DNA of 32,000 nucleotides, taken from Pseudomonas aeruginosa. Its GTDB lineage: Bacteria > Pseudomonadota > Gammaproteobacteria > Pseudomonadales > Pseudomonadaceae. Shown piece after piece: positions 1 to 8,803 of this stretch. The stretch spans positions 4,080,001 to 4,112,000 of the forward strand of contig NZ_LN831024.1 of the NCBI RefSeq assembly GCF_001457615.1, read 5' to 3'. A program made the position numbers and the translations under genes. How positions within the stretch are numbered: the stretch's first letter is position 1; each line of letters begins with the position of its first letter. The notes under the pieces are model-generated. The model was not told the origin of the DNA, made no database searches, and worked only from the letters and a program-made list of their open reading frames with translations.

Positions 1-33
1 CTTGGCCACCAGGAGATAGCGTTTCAGCTTCAC
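1..33 (-). CDS. cyoE: protoheme IX farnesyltransferase (heme O synthase), first 11 codons only; the gene runs off the left edge
   Basis: GTG at 33..31 opens a frame reading VKLKRYLLVAK to the window edge, 10 nt after the cyoD stop. The position after cyoABCD fits the canonical cyoABCDE order. The K-x-Y-L-x-V-x-K start resembles the E. coli CyoE N-terminus as I remember it. Very little sequence is visible. Confidence 0.45.
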   Translation of the reverse strand, partial: MKLKRYLLVAK

Positions 34-43
34 GTCATGGCCC

Positions 44-379
44 TCAGGGCATCGGCATCATCAGCATGTCGGCGCTGAAGATGATCCACAGCGAGAGACC
101 GACCACCAGCAGGATGACGATCACCGTGAAGATGAACGCCATCACGTTCCAGCGCCCTTCCGACGACATGTTCATGTGCAGGAAGCAGATCAGGTGCACC
201 ACCACCTGCACCAGGCCGAGGACGACCATGGTGAGGATGGTCGCGTGGCGCGAGAAGCCGCCGTCCATGACCATGTAGAACGGGATCGCGGTGAGGATCA
301 CCGAGAGCACGAAGCCGATCGCGTAGGAACCCAGGCTGCCGTGGCCGGCGCCGTGGTTGTCGTGTGCAGCGCTGCTCAT
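44..379 (-). CDS. cyoD: cytochrome bo3 ubiquinol oxidase subunit IV
   Basis: Track ORF 44..529 trimmed to the ATG at 379 ([37 protein letters not shown]...), giving 111 aa with three hydrophobic helices. The 50 upstream codons are Arg/Pro-rich and overlap cyoC out of frame. The ATG shares one base with the cyoC TAA (TAATG, 381..377). Confidence 0.9.
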   Translation of the reverse strand: MSSAAHDNHGAGHGSLGSYAIGFVLSVILTAIPFYMVMDGGFSRHATILTMVVLGLVQVVVHLICFLHMNMSSEGRWNVMAFIFTVIVILLVVGLSLWIIFSADMLMMPMP

Positions 380-1008
380 TACAGGGCCCCCATCAGGTAG
401 ACGACGGTGAAGACGCAGATCCAGACGATGTCGAGGAAGTGCCAGAACAGGCTCAGGCACATCATCCGGGTGTTGTTCTGCGCGGTGAGGCCGCGGGTCC
501 AGATCTGCGCCATCAGCACCAGCATCCACAGCAGACCGGCGCTGACGTGCAGGCCGTGCATGCCGACCAGGGTGAAGAAGGACGACAGGAAGGCGCTTCG
601 GCTCGGGCCGAAACCTTCGGCGATCAGGTGGTGGAACTCGTTGATCTCCATCCCGATGAACGCGGCGCCGAGCAGGAAGGTGACCCCGAGCCAGGCGATC
701 GCCTGGCCCTTGGCGCCCTTGTGCGCAGAGAGCATGGCCAGGCCGTAGGTGCAGCTGGAAACCAGCAGGATGGCGGTTTCCACCAGCACGTAGGGCAGCT
801 CGAAGATGTCCTTGCCGCTGGGGCCGCCGGCGGTGTGGTGAACCAGCACCGCGTAGGTGGCGAAGACGCTGGCGAACAGCACGCAGTCGGTCATCAGGTA
901 GAGCCAGAAACCGAATACGGTGTTGCCGCCGCTATCGTGTGCATGATCGTGGTCGTGGCCCACTTCGTGGGCGTCGGCCAGATGCTTGTTCAATACTGCC
1001 GTCGACAT
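379..1008 (-). CDS. cyoC: cytochrome bo3 ubiquinol oxidase subunit III
   Basis: 209-aa ORF. It carries [21 protein letters not shown] and the C-terminal [16 protein letters not shown] motifs typical of heme-copper oxidase subunit III. It lies between cyoB and cyoD with a 3-nt gap after the cyoB stop. Confidence 0.95.
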   Translation of the reverse strand: MSTAVLNKHLADAHEVGHDHDHAHDSGGNTVFGFWLYLMTDCVLFASVFATYAVLVHHTAGGPSGKDIFELPYVLVETAILLVSSCTYGLAMLSAHKGAKGQAIAWLGVTFLLGAAFIGMEINEFHHLIAEGFGPSRSAFLSSFFTLVGMHGLHVSAGLLWMLVLMAQIWTRGLTAQNNTRMMCLSLFWHFLDIVWICVFTVVYLMGAL

Positions 1009-1011
1009 GGT

Positions 1012-2988
1012 TCAGACCTGCTTGGCGAGTTGCTGGAAACGGGCGCTTTCGATCTTCTCGATCTCTTCGGGCTGGACGTAGTAGTCGACGTCCTGGTTGT
1101 AGCTGCGCACGATGAAGGAGCCGATCATGCCGACGAAGCCGACCGCCATGAGCCACCAGATATGCCAGATGGCGGCGAAGCCGAAGACGAAGGCGAACAC
1201 GGCGATGGAGAAGCCCGCGGCGGTGTTCTTCGGCATGTGGATCGGCTGGTAGGCCGGCAGCTTGCGGTAGGCGGTGCCGGCCTTCTTCATGTCGTGGAAG
1301 GCATCCACGTCCTGTACCTTCGGCAGCTCGGCGAAGTTGTAGAACGGCGGCGGCGAGGAAGTGGCCCATTCCAGGGTGCGGCCTTCCCACGGGTCGCCAT
1401 TGACGTCGGCCAGTTGCTTGCGGTTGCGGACCGAGACGAACAGCTGGATCAGTTGGCAGGCGATGCCGCAGAAGATCAGCACGGCGCCGAAGAACGCGAC
1501 CACCAGGTAGGGCTTCCACAGCGGGTTGTCGTAGTGGTTCAGGCGACGGGTCATGCCCATGAAGCCGAGGATGTAGAGCGGCATGAAGGCCATGTAGAAG
1601 CCCACCAGCCAGCACCAGAAGGAGCGCTTGCCCCACTTCTCGTCGAGGGTGAAGCCGAACGCTTTCGGGAACCAGAAGGCGAAGCCGGCCAGGTAGCCGA
1701 ACACCGCGCCGCCGATGATGGTGTTGTGGAAGTGGGCGATCAGGAACAGGCTGTTGTGCAGCAGGAAGTCCGCGCCCGGGATGGCCAGCAGGACGCCGGT
1801 CATGCCGCCGATGGTGAAGGTCACCATGAAGCCCAGGGTCCACAGGATCGGCGTGCTGAAGCGCAGGCGGCCCTTGTAGATGGTGAACAGCCAGTTGAAC
1901 AGCTTCACCCCGGTGGGGATCGAGATCAGCATGGTGGCCACGCCGAAGAAGCCGTTGACGTCACCGCCCGAACCCATGGTGAAGAAGTGGTGCAGCCACA
2001 CGGTGAAGCCGAGGAAGGTGATCGCGGCGCTGGCCCAGACCATCGATTTGTAGCCGAACATGCGCTTGCCGGCGAAGGTCGCGGTGACCTCGGAGAAGAT
2101 ACCGAAGGCCGGCAGGATCAGGATGTACACCTCGGGATGGCCCCAGGCCCAGAAGAGGTTGATGTACATCATGGCGTTGCCGCCGAGCTCGTTGGTGAAG
2201 AAGTGCATGTCCAGGTAGCGGTCGAGCGACAGCAGGCCCAGCGCAGCGGTGAGGATCGGGAACGAGGCGACGATCAGGATGTTGGCGAAGGTGCAGGTCC
2301 AGGTGAAGATCGGCATCTGCATCAGCTTCATGCCCGGGGCACGCATCTTGAACACGGTGACCAGGAAGTTGATCCCCGTGAGCAACGTGCCCATCCCGGA
2401 TATCTGTAGCGCCCAGATGTAGTAGTCCACCCCTACCCCGGGGCTATAGGCCAGCTCCGACAGCGGCGGATAGGCCACCCAGCCGGTACGGGCGAATTCG
2501 CCCAGGCCCAGCGACACGTTGACCAGCATGGCGCTGACCACGAGCAGCCAGAAGCTCAGCGAGTTGAGGAAGGGGAACGCCACGTCGCGCGCGCCGATCT
2601 GCAGCGGCACGGCCAGGTTCATCAGGCCGGTCATGAACGGCATGGCCATGAAGATGATCATGATCACGCCATGCGCGGTGAAGATCTGGTCGTAGTGCTC
2701 CGGCGGCAGGTAGCCGTGGTTGGCGCCTTCGGCCAGGGCCAGCTGGCCGCGCATCATGATCGCGTCGGCGAAGCCGCGGACCAGCATGACCAGGGCGACG
2801 ACGATGTACATCACGCCGATCTTCTTGTGGTCGACCGAGGTCAGCCACTCGGTCCACAGGTAGGTCCACTTGCGGTAGTAGGTGATCGCACCGACCACGC
2901 CGAGGCCCAGCAGGGCGACGACGGCCAGTGTGACCATGACGATGGGCTCGTGGTAAGGCACGGCCGAGAGTGTCAGTTTCCCGAACAT
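1012..2988 (-). CDS. cyoB: cytochrome bo3 ubiquinol oxidase subunit I
   Basis: 658-aa ORF with heme-copper oxidase subunit I signatures: [28 protein letters not shown] and [14 protein letters not shown]. It starts 6 nt after the cyoA stop. Confidence 0.97.
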   Translation of the reverse strand: MFGKLTLSAVPYHEPIVMVTLAVVALLGLGVVGAITYYRKWTYLWTEWLTSVDHKKIGVMYIVVALVMLVRGFADAIMMRGQLALAEGANHGYLPPEHYDQIFTAHGVIMIIFMAMPFMTGLMNLAVPLQIGARDVAFPFLNSLSFWLLVVSAMLVNVSLGLGEFARTGWVAYPPLSELAYSPGVGVDYYIWALQISGMGTLLTGINFLVTVFKMRAPGMKLMQMPIFTWTCTFANILIVASFPILTAALGLLSLDRYLDMHFFTNELGGNAMMYINLFWAWGHPEVYILILPAFGIFSEVTATFAGKRMFGYKSMVWASAAITFLGFTVWLHHFFTMGSGGDVNGFFGVATMLISIPTGVKLFNWLFTIYKGRLRFSTPILWTLGFMVTFTIGGMTGVLLAIPGADFLLHNSLFLIAHFHNTIIGGAVFGYLAGFAFWFPKAFGFTLDEKWGKRSFWCWLVGFYMAFMPLYILGFMGMTRRLNHYDNPLWKPYLVVAFFGAVLIFCGIACQLIQLFVSVRNRKQLADVNGDPWEGRTLEWATSSPPPFYNFAELPKVQDVDAFHDMKKAGTAYRKLPAYQPIHMPKNTAAGFSIAVFAFVFGFAAIWHIWWLMAVGFVGMIGSFIVRSYNQDVDYYVQPEEIEKIESARFQQLAKQV

Positions 2989-2994
2989 CTGCGC

Positions 2995-3990
2995 TTACTC
3001 CTGGGTACTCGGTTGCATGTGCATGTCCTTCATGTCTTTCATGCCCTGCATGGCTTGCATGTCCATGTCCTGCATGTCGTGACCGGTCATGGCGGCTTCG
3101 TGCTCAGCCCCGGCGTGCTCGCCGTGCGCGGCACCCTTGGCGTCGCCGTGGTGCTCGTACTTGGTGAGGATGTGGCCGAACAGTTCCGGGCTGACCGAAG
3201 AGAAGTAGGTCGGCGGAACGTTCTCGCTCGGCTTGACCAGTTCCGGATAGGTGCCGATCGACAGGCTGGCCGGTGCCGCCTTGACCTTGGCGACCCAGTC
3301 CTGGAAGCCCTGCTCGGAGGTGGCGATGGCCTTGAAGCGCATGCCGGAGAAACCGCCGCCGCTGTAGTTCGCGGAGATACCGTCGAATACGCCTTCTTCG
3401 TTGGCGATCAGGTGCAGCTTGGTCATCATCCCGGCCATCGAGTAGATCTGGCTGCCCAGCTGCGGGATGAAGAACGAGTTCATCACCGAATCCGAGGTGA
3501 TCTGGAAATTCACCGGGGTGTCTTTCGGGAAGGCGATCTCGTTGACCGTGGCGATACCCTGCTCCGGGTAGATGAACAACCACTTCCAGTCCAGCGAAAC
3601 GGCCTGGATGGTGACCGGCTTGACCTCGGAGTCCAGCGGACGGTACGGGTCGAGCTTGTGGGTGCTTTCCCAGGTGATCCAGCCGAGGATCGCGATGATC
3701 ACGCAGGGCACCAGCCAGACCACCGCCTCGATGCGGTTGGAGTGGTGCCAGTCCGGCTTGTACTCGGCCTGGGTGTTCGAGGCGCGGTACTTCCAGGCGA
3801 ACGCCAGGGTCATCACGATCACCGGGATGACCACGATCAGCATCAGCAGGGTCGCGGTAATGATCAGGGTGCGCTCGTCCATGCCCACCTGCCCTTTCGG
3901 GTTGAACAGGGTCATGTCGCAGCCGCCGAGCAGCAGCGCGGGCGCCAGGGAAAGCCATTTCAATGCGGCAAACGGGTTTGCTTTGGTCAT
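2995..3990 (-). CDS. cyoA: cytochrome bo3 ubiquinol oxidase subunit II (lipoprotein)
   Basis: 331 aa. The N-terminal signal has a lipobox (LLLGGC). The quinol-oxidase-type cupredoxin region ITSDSVMNSFFIPQLGSQIYSMAGMMTKLHL contains no CuA cysteines. The C-terminal tail is rich in Met and His. Confidence 0.95.
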   Translation of the reverse strand: MTKANPFAALKWLSLAPALLLGGCDMTLFNPKGQVGMDERTLIITATLLMLIVVIPVIVMTLAFAWKYRASNTQAEYKPDWHHSNRIEAVVWLVPCVIIAILGWITWESTHKLDPYRPLDSEVKPVTIQAVSLDWKWLFIYPEQGIATVNEIAFPKDTPVNFQITSDSVMNSFFIPQLGSQIYSMAGMMTKLHLIANEEGVFDGISANYSGGGFSGMRFKAIATSEQGFQDWVAKVKAAPASLSIGTYPELVKPSENVPPTYFSSVSPELFGHILTKYEHHGDAKGAAHGEHAGAEHEAAMTGHDMQDMDMQAMQGMKDMKDMHMQPSTQE

Positions 3991-4496
3991 CTTCCGGCCT
4001 TAATCGATGGAAGGAGCGAGTGGTCGCTCATGGATGTCTCCTTGCAAGGCTTGTGGCGGAGACCGCTGGCTTCAGCCAGTTCCAGACATGCAGTCGCCGC
4101 CGGGGTACGGAACGGCCATTGCCCGGCCACGGGAGAAGGCAAGCGGATACCTTTCCCGATTCCGGTGGCGGACTCGTTCCACGCGCTGAGTCGTTCCTTG
4201 ATGAACAGCGTTTTCGAAGCTGTGCCGGAAGAGGCCAAGGGCGGCCAAGGCACGTGCATGCCTGGGCGAGAAGGATTGCCCTTCCCGCCGGGTGATCAGG
4301 TCGCAGTTATCGGTCGGCTATTTGTTGTGCAACAGGCAAGGCAGGAACCCATTTATCGCGATGCGGAGCAGAGACTCGCGCGACGCTCGTTGGACCGAAA
4401 CTGAGCGTCAGTTATTACAATTCATTTCAGCTGAGGAGCCTATGACACATCTTGCAATAGACTTTCTCAAACATAGATAAAGTAGGGCTTTTACCT

Positions 4497-4519
4497 GCCT
4501 GCGACAGGTTGTCGCAGGC
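4497..4519. other. perfect 9-bp stem / 5-nt loop hairpin (GCCTGCGAC-aggtt-GTCGCAGGC), 113 nt downstream of the MFS gene stop
   Basis: The inverted repeat was read directly. There is no U-tract on either strand, so a terminator role for the minus-strand MFS gene is only a possibility. Confidence 0.3.
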
Positions 4520-4631
4520 CATACCCTAGCACAACAGTTGGAATACGCGAATATTCTTCGCTTCGAGCAGCATAACGCAAGGAAATCGCCCCCACGCCAG
4601 CATCGTGACCCGAGAGTCAGTGTCTATCGGC

Positions 4632-6158
4632 CTACAACTGTACCCCTGCCGTTCGTCCAGATGCGCCAACTGTATCCGCCGCCGGGCCGGCGCTAACGCG
4701 CAGGCGCCAGAGCAGCGCGGCGGCCAGCAGGGCGCTGGCTCCGGCCACCAGCATAGCCAGACGGAAGCCCTCGGCCAGCGCGGCCGGCAGCTCGGCGTCG
4801 AGCCCCGCCAGGGAACCAGGCAAGCGATGGGCCGTGATCGCCTGGGTGGCGAGCCGTTGCGCATCGGCAATCCCCAGCTCCTCCAGCCGATCGCCCAGGA
4901 CGACGATCGCCCGCCCGCTCAGCAGCGCTCCCAGCAACGCGATGCCGACGGCCATGCCGGCCTGGCGCAGGGTATTCATGGTCGCCGAGGCCATCCCGGA
5001 ACGCTCGCGGGCCACGCTCGCCATGACCGCCAGACCGGTGCCGGGAACGGCCAGGCCCATGCCCAGGCCGAGCGCCACCAGCAACAGGCCGACCCAGGGA
5101 TACGCGGTTCCCGTACCGCAAGCGGCCAGCGCCAGCATGGCCAGGCCGATCACCAGGTAGCCCAGCACCAGCAGGCGTCGCAGCGGTACGTGCCGCTGCA
5201 ACCGGCCGAACAGCATGGACAGTGCGCCCATGGCGAGGAACTGCGGCGCCAGGTAGAAGCCGGCCTGCTGCGCCGAGGCACCCTGCACCTGCTGGAAGAA
5301 CAGGGAGAGGAAGAACAGGCTGGCGTAGCCGGAAAAACCGAGGACGAACGAGGCCAGGTTGCAGACGGCGAACCCGGCCTGGCGGAACAACCCCAGGGGC
5401 AGCAGCGGTCGGGCGGTCCGCCGCTCGACGAAGAGGAAGCCAAGCAGGCCGACCCCGGCCAGGAGCAGCGCCGGCCAGGCCGTGGGAGACAACCAGCCGC
5501 CCTCTCCCGCGGCGATCAGGGCGTAGGTCAACGCTCCCAGCCAGACCACGCTGAGCAACTGCCCCAGGGGATCGAAGGCGGCGTGCTCGGGGTGCGCGGT
5601 TTCCTCGATGCCCCACAGGCCCAGGGCGAGCGCCAGCAGGCCGAGCGGCAGGTTGATCAGGAAGATGCTCTGCCAGCCGGCGTGCTCCACCAGCAGGCCG
5701 CCGAGCAGCGGGCCGAGGATCAGCGACAGCGCGCTGAAGGAGGTCCAGCCGCCGATCACCTGGGCGCGCTGGCCGGGATCGTGGAAAGCCTGGGTAAGGA
5801 TCGACAGCGCGCCGGGTATCAACAGCGCCCCGGCGATGCCCTGGACCGCGCGTCCGAACAGCAGCAGCGGCAGCGAGGTGGCCAGCGCGCAGAGCAGCGA
5901 ACCGAAGCTGAACAGGCCGACCCCGAGCAGCCAGGTGAGCTTGCGACCGTAGCGGTCGCTCAGCGGTCCGGAAGACAGCATGAAGGCGCTCAGGCACAGC
6001 GCATAGGCGTCGACCACCCACTGCAGGCCGGCCAGGTCGGTATCCAGGGCGTACTGCAGCGTCGGCAGGGCGAGGTTGACGATGCTGATGTCGAGCGAGG
6101 CGATGAAGGTTCCCAGGTAAATGGCGGCGACCAGGGCGACACGACGCGAAGGGTTCAT
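4632..6158 (-). CDS. MFS transporter, DHA2 (EmrB/QacA-like, 14-TMS type) drug/H+ antiporter
   Basis: Track ORF 4632..6218 trimmed to the ATG at 6158 (MNPSRRVALVAAIYLGTFIASLDISIVNLALPTLQ...), which has GGAG 6 nt upstream. The product is 508 aa. The LDISIVNLALP and GRAVQGIAGALLIPGALSIL motifs are typical of the EmrB/QacA subfamily. Confidence 0.85.
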   Translation of the reverse strand: MNPSRRVALVAAIYLGTFIASLDISIVNLALPTLQYALDTDLAGLQWVVDAYALCLSAFMLSSGPLSDRYGRKLTWLLGVGLFSFGSLLCALATSLPLLLFGRAVQGIAGALLIPGALSILTQAFHDPGQRAQVIGGWTSFSALSLILGPLLGGLLVEHAGWQSIFLINLPLGLLALALGLWGIEETAHPEHAAFDPLGQLLSVVWLGALTYALIAAGEGGWLSPTAWPALLLAGVGLLGFLFVERRTARPLLPLGLFRQAGFAVCNLASFVLGFSGYASLFFLSLFFQQVQGASAQQAGFYLAPQFLAMGALSMLFGRLQRHVPLRRLLVLGYLVIGLAMLALAACGTGTAYPWVGLLLVALGLGMGLAVPGTGLAVMASVARERSGMASATMNTLRQAGMAVGIALLGALLSGRAIVVLGDRLEELGIADAQRLATQAITAHRLPGSLAGLDAELPAALAEGFRLAMLVAGASALLAAALLWRLRVSAGPAADTVGASGRTAGVQL

Positions 6159-6198
6159 GGAGTACTCCGATGAGAGGGCGCTGGCCCAGGAATAATCC

Positions 6199-6219
6199 AT
6201 TGACCGACGGTCAGTCAAT
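6199..6219. promoter_or_regulatory. candidate TetR operator: 21-bp dyad ATTGACCGACGGTCAGTCAAT
   Basis: 9 of 10 arm positions are self-complementary around a central G. It sits in the 157-bp divergent gap, 40 nt upstream of the MFS ATG and 96 nt upstream of the TetR ATG. An AT-rich stretch (aataaatatcgcgaaatatt) follows it. Confidence 0.55.
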
Positions 6220-6315
6220 AAATATCGCGAAATATTCTCATCTTCCTGTCATGCCTCGTCTTCCCCTCCACGCTCTTTTACACTGCGGCCAACCCAACCA
6301 CCGGACCCGCGCTCC

Positions 6316-6930
6316 ATGCCCGATCGCCACGCCGAACAGCCTGCCCGCCAACCGCGCACCAAGCCTGCGGAGGTTCGTCTCGAGGAACTGATGGCGGCGG
6401 CGCAGCAACTGTTCCTAGACAAGGGTGTGGACGCCACCACCATCAGCGACATCGTCGCTGCCGCGGGGGTCGCCAAGGGTACCTTCTATCACTACTTCCA
6501 AGCCAAGACCGACATCCTCCTGGCCCTGCGCGAGCGCTTCACCCAGGCTTTCCAGCAGCGCATCGCGAATGCCGTCGAGGCCTGTCCGGCGAACGACCAT
6601 CCCGGCCGCCTGCGCGCCTGGACCGAGAGCGGCCTGGCGGGCTACCTGGAGGGCTACCGGCTGCACGATGTGGTCTACAGCGAGCACCATCACCACCAGC
6701 GCGGCAACCAGGAGCGCGACCGCGTGCTGGAGCAATTGGCGGAGCTACTGGAGAACGGCGCGGCGGCCGGCGCCTGGCCGCTGCGCAACCCACGGCTGAA
6801 CGCCCTGCTGCTCTACTCCGGGCTGCATGGCGCCGCCGACGACGCCATCGCCGGCGGCCGCCTGGATACCCAGCCGCTGGCCGGCGAACTCGCCGATGCC
6901 TTCCTGCGCCTGCTCGGTGCCAGCGACTGA
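6316..6930 (+). CDS. TetR/AcrR-family transcriptional regulator
   Basis: 204 aa. The N-terminal HTH is LFLDKGVDATTISDIVAAAGVAKGTFYHYFQAKTDIL. It is divergent from the MFS pump. Confidence 0.9.
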   Translation: MPDRHAEQPARQPRTKPAEVRLEELMAAAQQLFLDKGVDATTISDIVAAAGVAKGTFYHYFQAKTDILLALRERFTQAFQQRIANAVEACPANDHPGRLRAWTESGLAGYLEGYRLHDVVYSEHHHHQRGNQERDRVLEQLAELLENGAAAGAWPLRNPRLNALLLYSGLHGAADDAIAGGRLDTQPLAGELADAFLRLLGASD

Positions 6931-6937
6931 GGCAGGC

Positions 6938-7324
6938 TCAGCCGCAGAAGGTTTCCTGCAGGTGGCGCCAGTACAGCCGCCCTTCGTCGTCACGGTGCAG
7001 GACTACGGTGGACAGGCGCTCGCTGCGACCCGCCGCGTCGGACTGGATTTCCCGATAGGCCAGGGTCGCGCCATCCACGCCTGAAGCCAGCAGACTCTCG
7101 CCGTCGATCTCGATGCGCAGCCCAGGACGGGTGCCGCCCTTGCTGCGGAACAGCTCGCCCAGAGCAGTCTTGTCCAGGACCACGCCATGCGGCGTGACCA
7201 TCGAGAAGTCCTCGGCGAAACGCGCCATCAACGCATCCAGCGCGTCAGCCCGTGAGTCGCCGGCCAGCCAGTCGCGGATCGCCACGTGGGCATGGTGGAT
7301 TTCCCGGCGGTAGGCACAAGTCAT
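6938..7324 (-). CDS. small NTF2-fold / DUF4440-like protein
   Basis: 128-aa ORF. AAGGAG lies 7 nt upstream of the ATG and precedes the stop of the upstream MFS gene, giving a 13-nt gap and probable cotranscription. The family assignment comes from overall pattern and size and is tentative. Confidence 0.7.
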   Translation of the reverse strand: MTCAYRREIHHAHVAIRDWLAGDSRADALDALMARFAEDFSMVTPHGVVLDKTALGELFRSKGGTRPGLRIEIDGESLLASGVDGATLAYREIQSDAAGRSERLSTVVLHRDDEGRLYWRHLQETFCG

Positions 7325-7337
7325 GGTGTAGCTCCTT

Positions 7338-8696
7338 TCAGGTCTGGACCAGGGCGCGAACCCCGGCGGAATCGATACGCCTCACCCACGGCAGAGGCAA
7401 TAGCGTGAAAGCGGCGGCGAACAGGAAGCAGTGGACGAAGGCCGCGGGGTCGGCCCGCGCCTGCAACAGGTTGAGCAACCCACCGAGCACGGCCATGCCC
7501 AGGCAGAACGCCAGCTGCCGATTGATGTTCCACAAGGCGCTGGCATGGCCCATGCGCGCCGCCGGGACGTCGAGCAAGGCCATGCCCTGTGCCGCGCTGC
7601 TACACAGGCTGCCGCCGAATCCCATGGTCGCGTAGGCCCCCGCCAGTTGCCAGAAGCCGCTCCCCTCCCCGCTTCGAGCCAGCCACAGCAGGCCGCCGGC
7701 CTGTATCGCCATGCCCGCCAGCAGCAAGGATTTCGGCCCCCAGCGATTGAAGCGTCGCCGGGTCAGGCCGATGGCCAGGCCGGCCGCCAGCGCCCAGGGC
7801 AGCATCAGCGCACCGGCACGGCTCGCGCTGAGGCCGAGGGGGCCTTGCAGATAGAGCATGGCGACCAGGTTGGCGCCCATGAAGGCTCCCGGCACGCAGA
7901 GATAGACCAGCATCGCCGTACGCAGCAATGGCGCCTCCAGCAAGCCAAGGTCGAGCAGCGCGTCGGTACGAGCGCGCCCGTCACGCCAGTAGCAGCAGCC
8001 CAGCACGCAGGCCAGCAGCGCCAGGAGCAGGCCACGCCCGCCGCCGCCGGGCGATCCCAGCCAGGCGAGCGCCACCAGCAGCGTGGCCAGCGCCGCCGAG
8101 CCGAGCAGCAGGCCGCGCAGGTCCAGGCGCTGCGCCGCATGCTTGTGCCTGGGCAGCCAGCGCATCGCCAGGGCCAGCACCAGCAGCGCCGGCGCCACGC
8201 TGGCGAAGAAGATCCCACGCCAGGACAGGCTGTCCACCAGCCAGCCGCCGAGGGCAGGCGCCACGGCGGGAACGATCAGCGCCACCAGCATCACCCGTGC
8301 GGTCAGGCCGGCCCGTGCCGACGCCGGGACATTCCGATAGGCCATGGCCTGGCCGAGGGGGATCAGTAACCCGCCGGCCAACCCCTGGCACAGGCGCCAG
8401 ACGATCAACGTCGCCGCCGATCCAGCCAGGCCGCAACCCAGCGAAGCGCTGGCGAAACCGGCCAGTGCCAGCAGCATCAGTCGCCGTTCTCCCAGGCGCG
8501 AAGCGAGCCAGACGCTCAACGGAATCACCAGGGTCAAGCCGAGCAGGTAGGTGTTGCCGATCCACGCCAGGGTCGCCACCGAAGCGCCAAGGGAACGCCC
8601 GATGTCCGGGTAGGCGACGCTGGCGATGAAGATGTTCACCAGGTCCAGGGCGAACCCCAGCAGGTACAAAGTGGCCAGGCGGGACGGTTGATTCAT
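7338..8696 (-). CDS. MFS transporter (drug/metabolite efflux type)
   Basis: 452-aa polytopic ORF. It contains the MFS motifs SRLGERRLMLLALAGFASASLGCG and LCQGLAGGLLIPLGQAM. CCGGAG lies 5 nt upstream of the ATG. Confidence 0.85.
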   Translation of the reverse strand: MNQPSRLATLYLLGFALDLVNIFIASVAYPDIGRSLGASVATLAWIGNTYLLGLTLVIPLSVWLASRLGERRLMLLALAGFASASLGCGLAGSAATLIVWRLCQGLAGGLLIPLGQAMAYRNVPASARAGLTARVMLVALIVPAVAPALGGWLVDSLSWRGIFFASVAPALLVLALAMRWLPRHKHAAQRLDLRGLLLGSAALATLLVALAWLGSPGGGGRGLLLALLACVLGCCYWRDGRARTDALLDLGLLEAPLLRTAMLVYLCVPGAFMGANLVAMLYLQGPLGLSASRAGALMLPWALAAGLAIGLTRRRFNRWGPKSLLLAGMAIQAGGLLWLARSGEGSGFWQLAGAYATMGFGGSLCSSAAQGMALLDVPAARMGHASALWNINRQLAFCLGMAVLGGLLNLLQARADPAAFVHCFLFAAAFTLLPLPWVRRIDSAGVRALVQT

Positions 8697-8769
8697 GGGC
8701 GCTCCGGAGGTTTGCCGGGGAGCATAGCGAGGCGCTCGCGCTATCTGGAGAGGCTAATCGCGCATAGAC

Positions 8770-8788
8770 TGTCAAATCGAATTTGACA
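8770..8788. promoter_or_regulatory. 19-bp perfect dyad TGTCAAAT-cga-ATTTGACA in the MFS / LysR divergent region
   Basis: The 8-bp arms were read directly. The dyad covers the TTG that opens the track ORF of the LysR gene and lies 15 nt upstream of the ATG at 8804. It is a candidate autoregulatory or operator site. Confidence 0.45.
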
Positions 8789-8803
8789 ATAGGGACGCCT
8801 TCC

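Noticed and set aside
364-2409. 681-aa plus-strand ORF (and the similar ORFs 2671..4404, 4605..6173, 24260..25573 and 26644..28107)
   Set aside because: These are shadow ORFs of a high-GC genome. They lie antisense to genes with unmistakable family motifs (cyoB/cyoC, cyoA, MFS and others). Their translations are low-complexity Gly/Ala/Arg/Asp/Glu/His-rich strings with no SD-linked starts.
4198-4213. Possible Anr/FNR box (TTGATgaacAGCGT) upstream of cyoA
   Set aside because: Only the left half-site matches TTGAT-N4-ATCAA. The right half has no resemblance.
4409-4430. Possible Fur box (cagttattacaattcatttcag) in the cyo upstream region
   Set aside because: The best hand alignment to GATAATGATAATCATTATC gives only about 10 of 19 matches and there is no dyad symmetry. 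That is too weak to call, even though iron regulation of cyo is plausible.
4292-4480. 62-aa plus-strand ORF in the cyo upstream region (also 3963..4295 and 4007..4189)
   Set aside because: It has a GTG start without an SD, atypical codon usage for this genome, and lies in the AT-rich promoter zone. Nothing supports coding.
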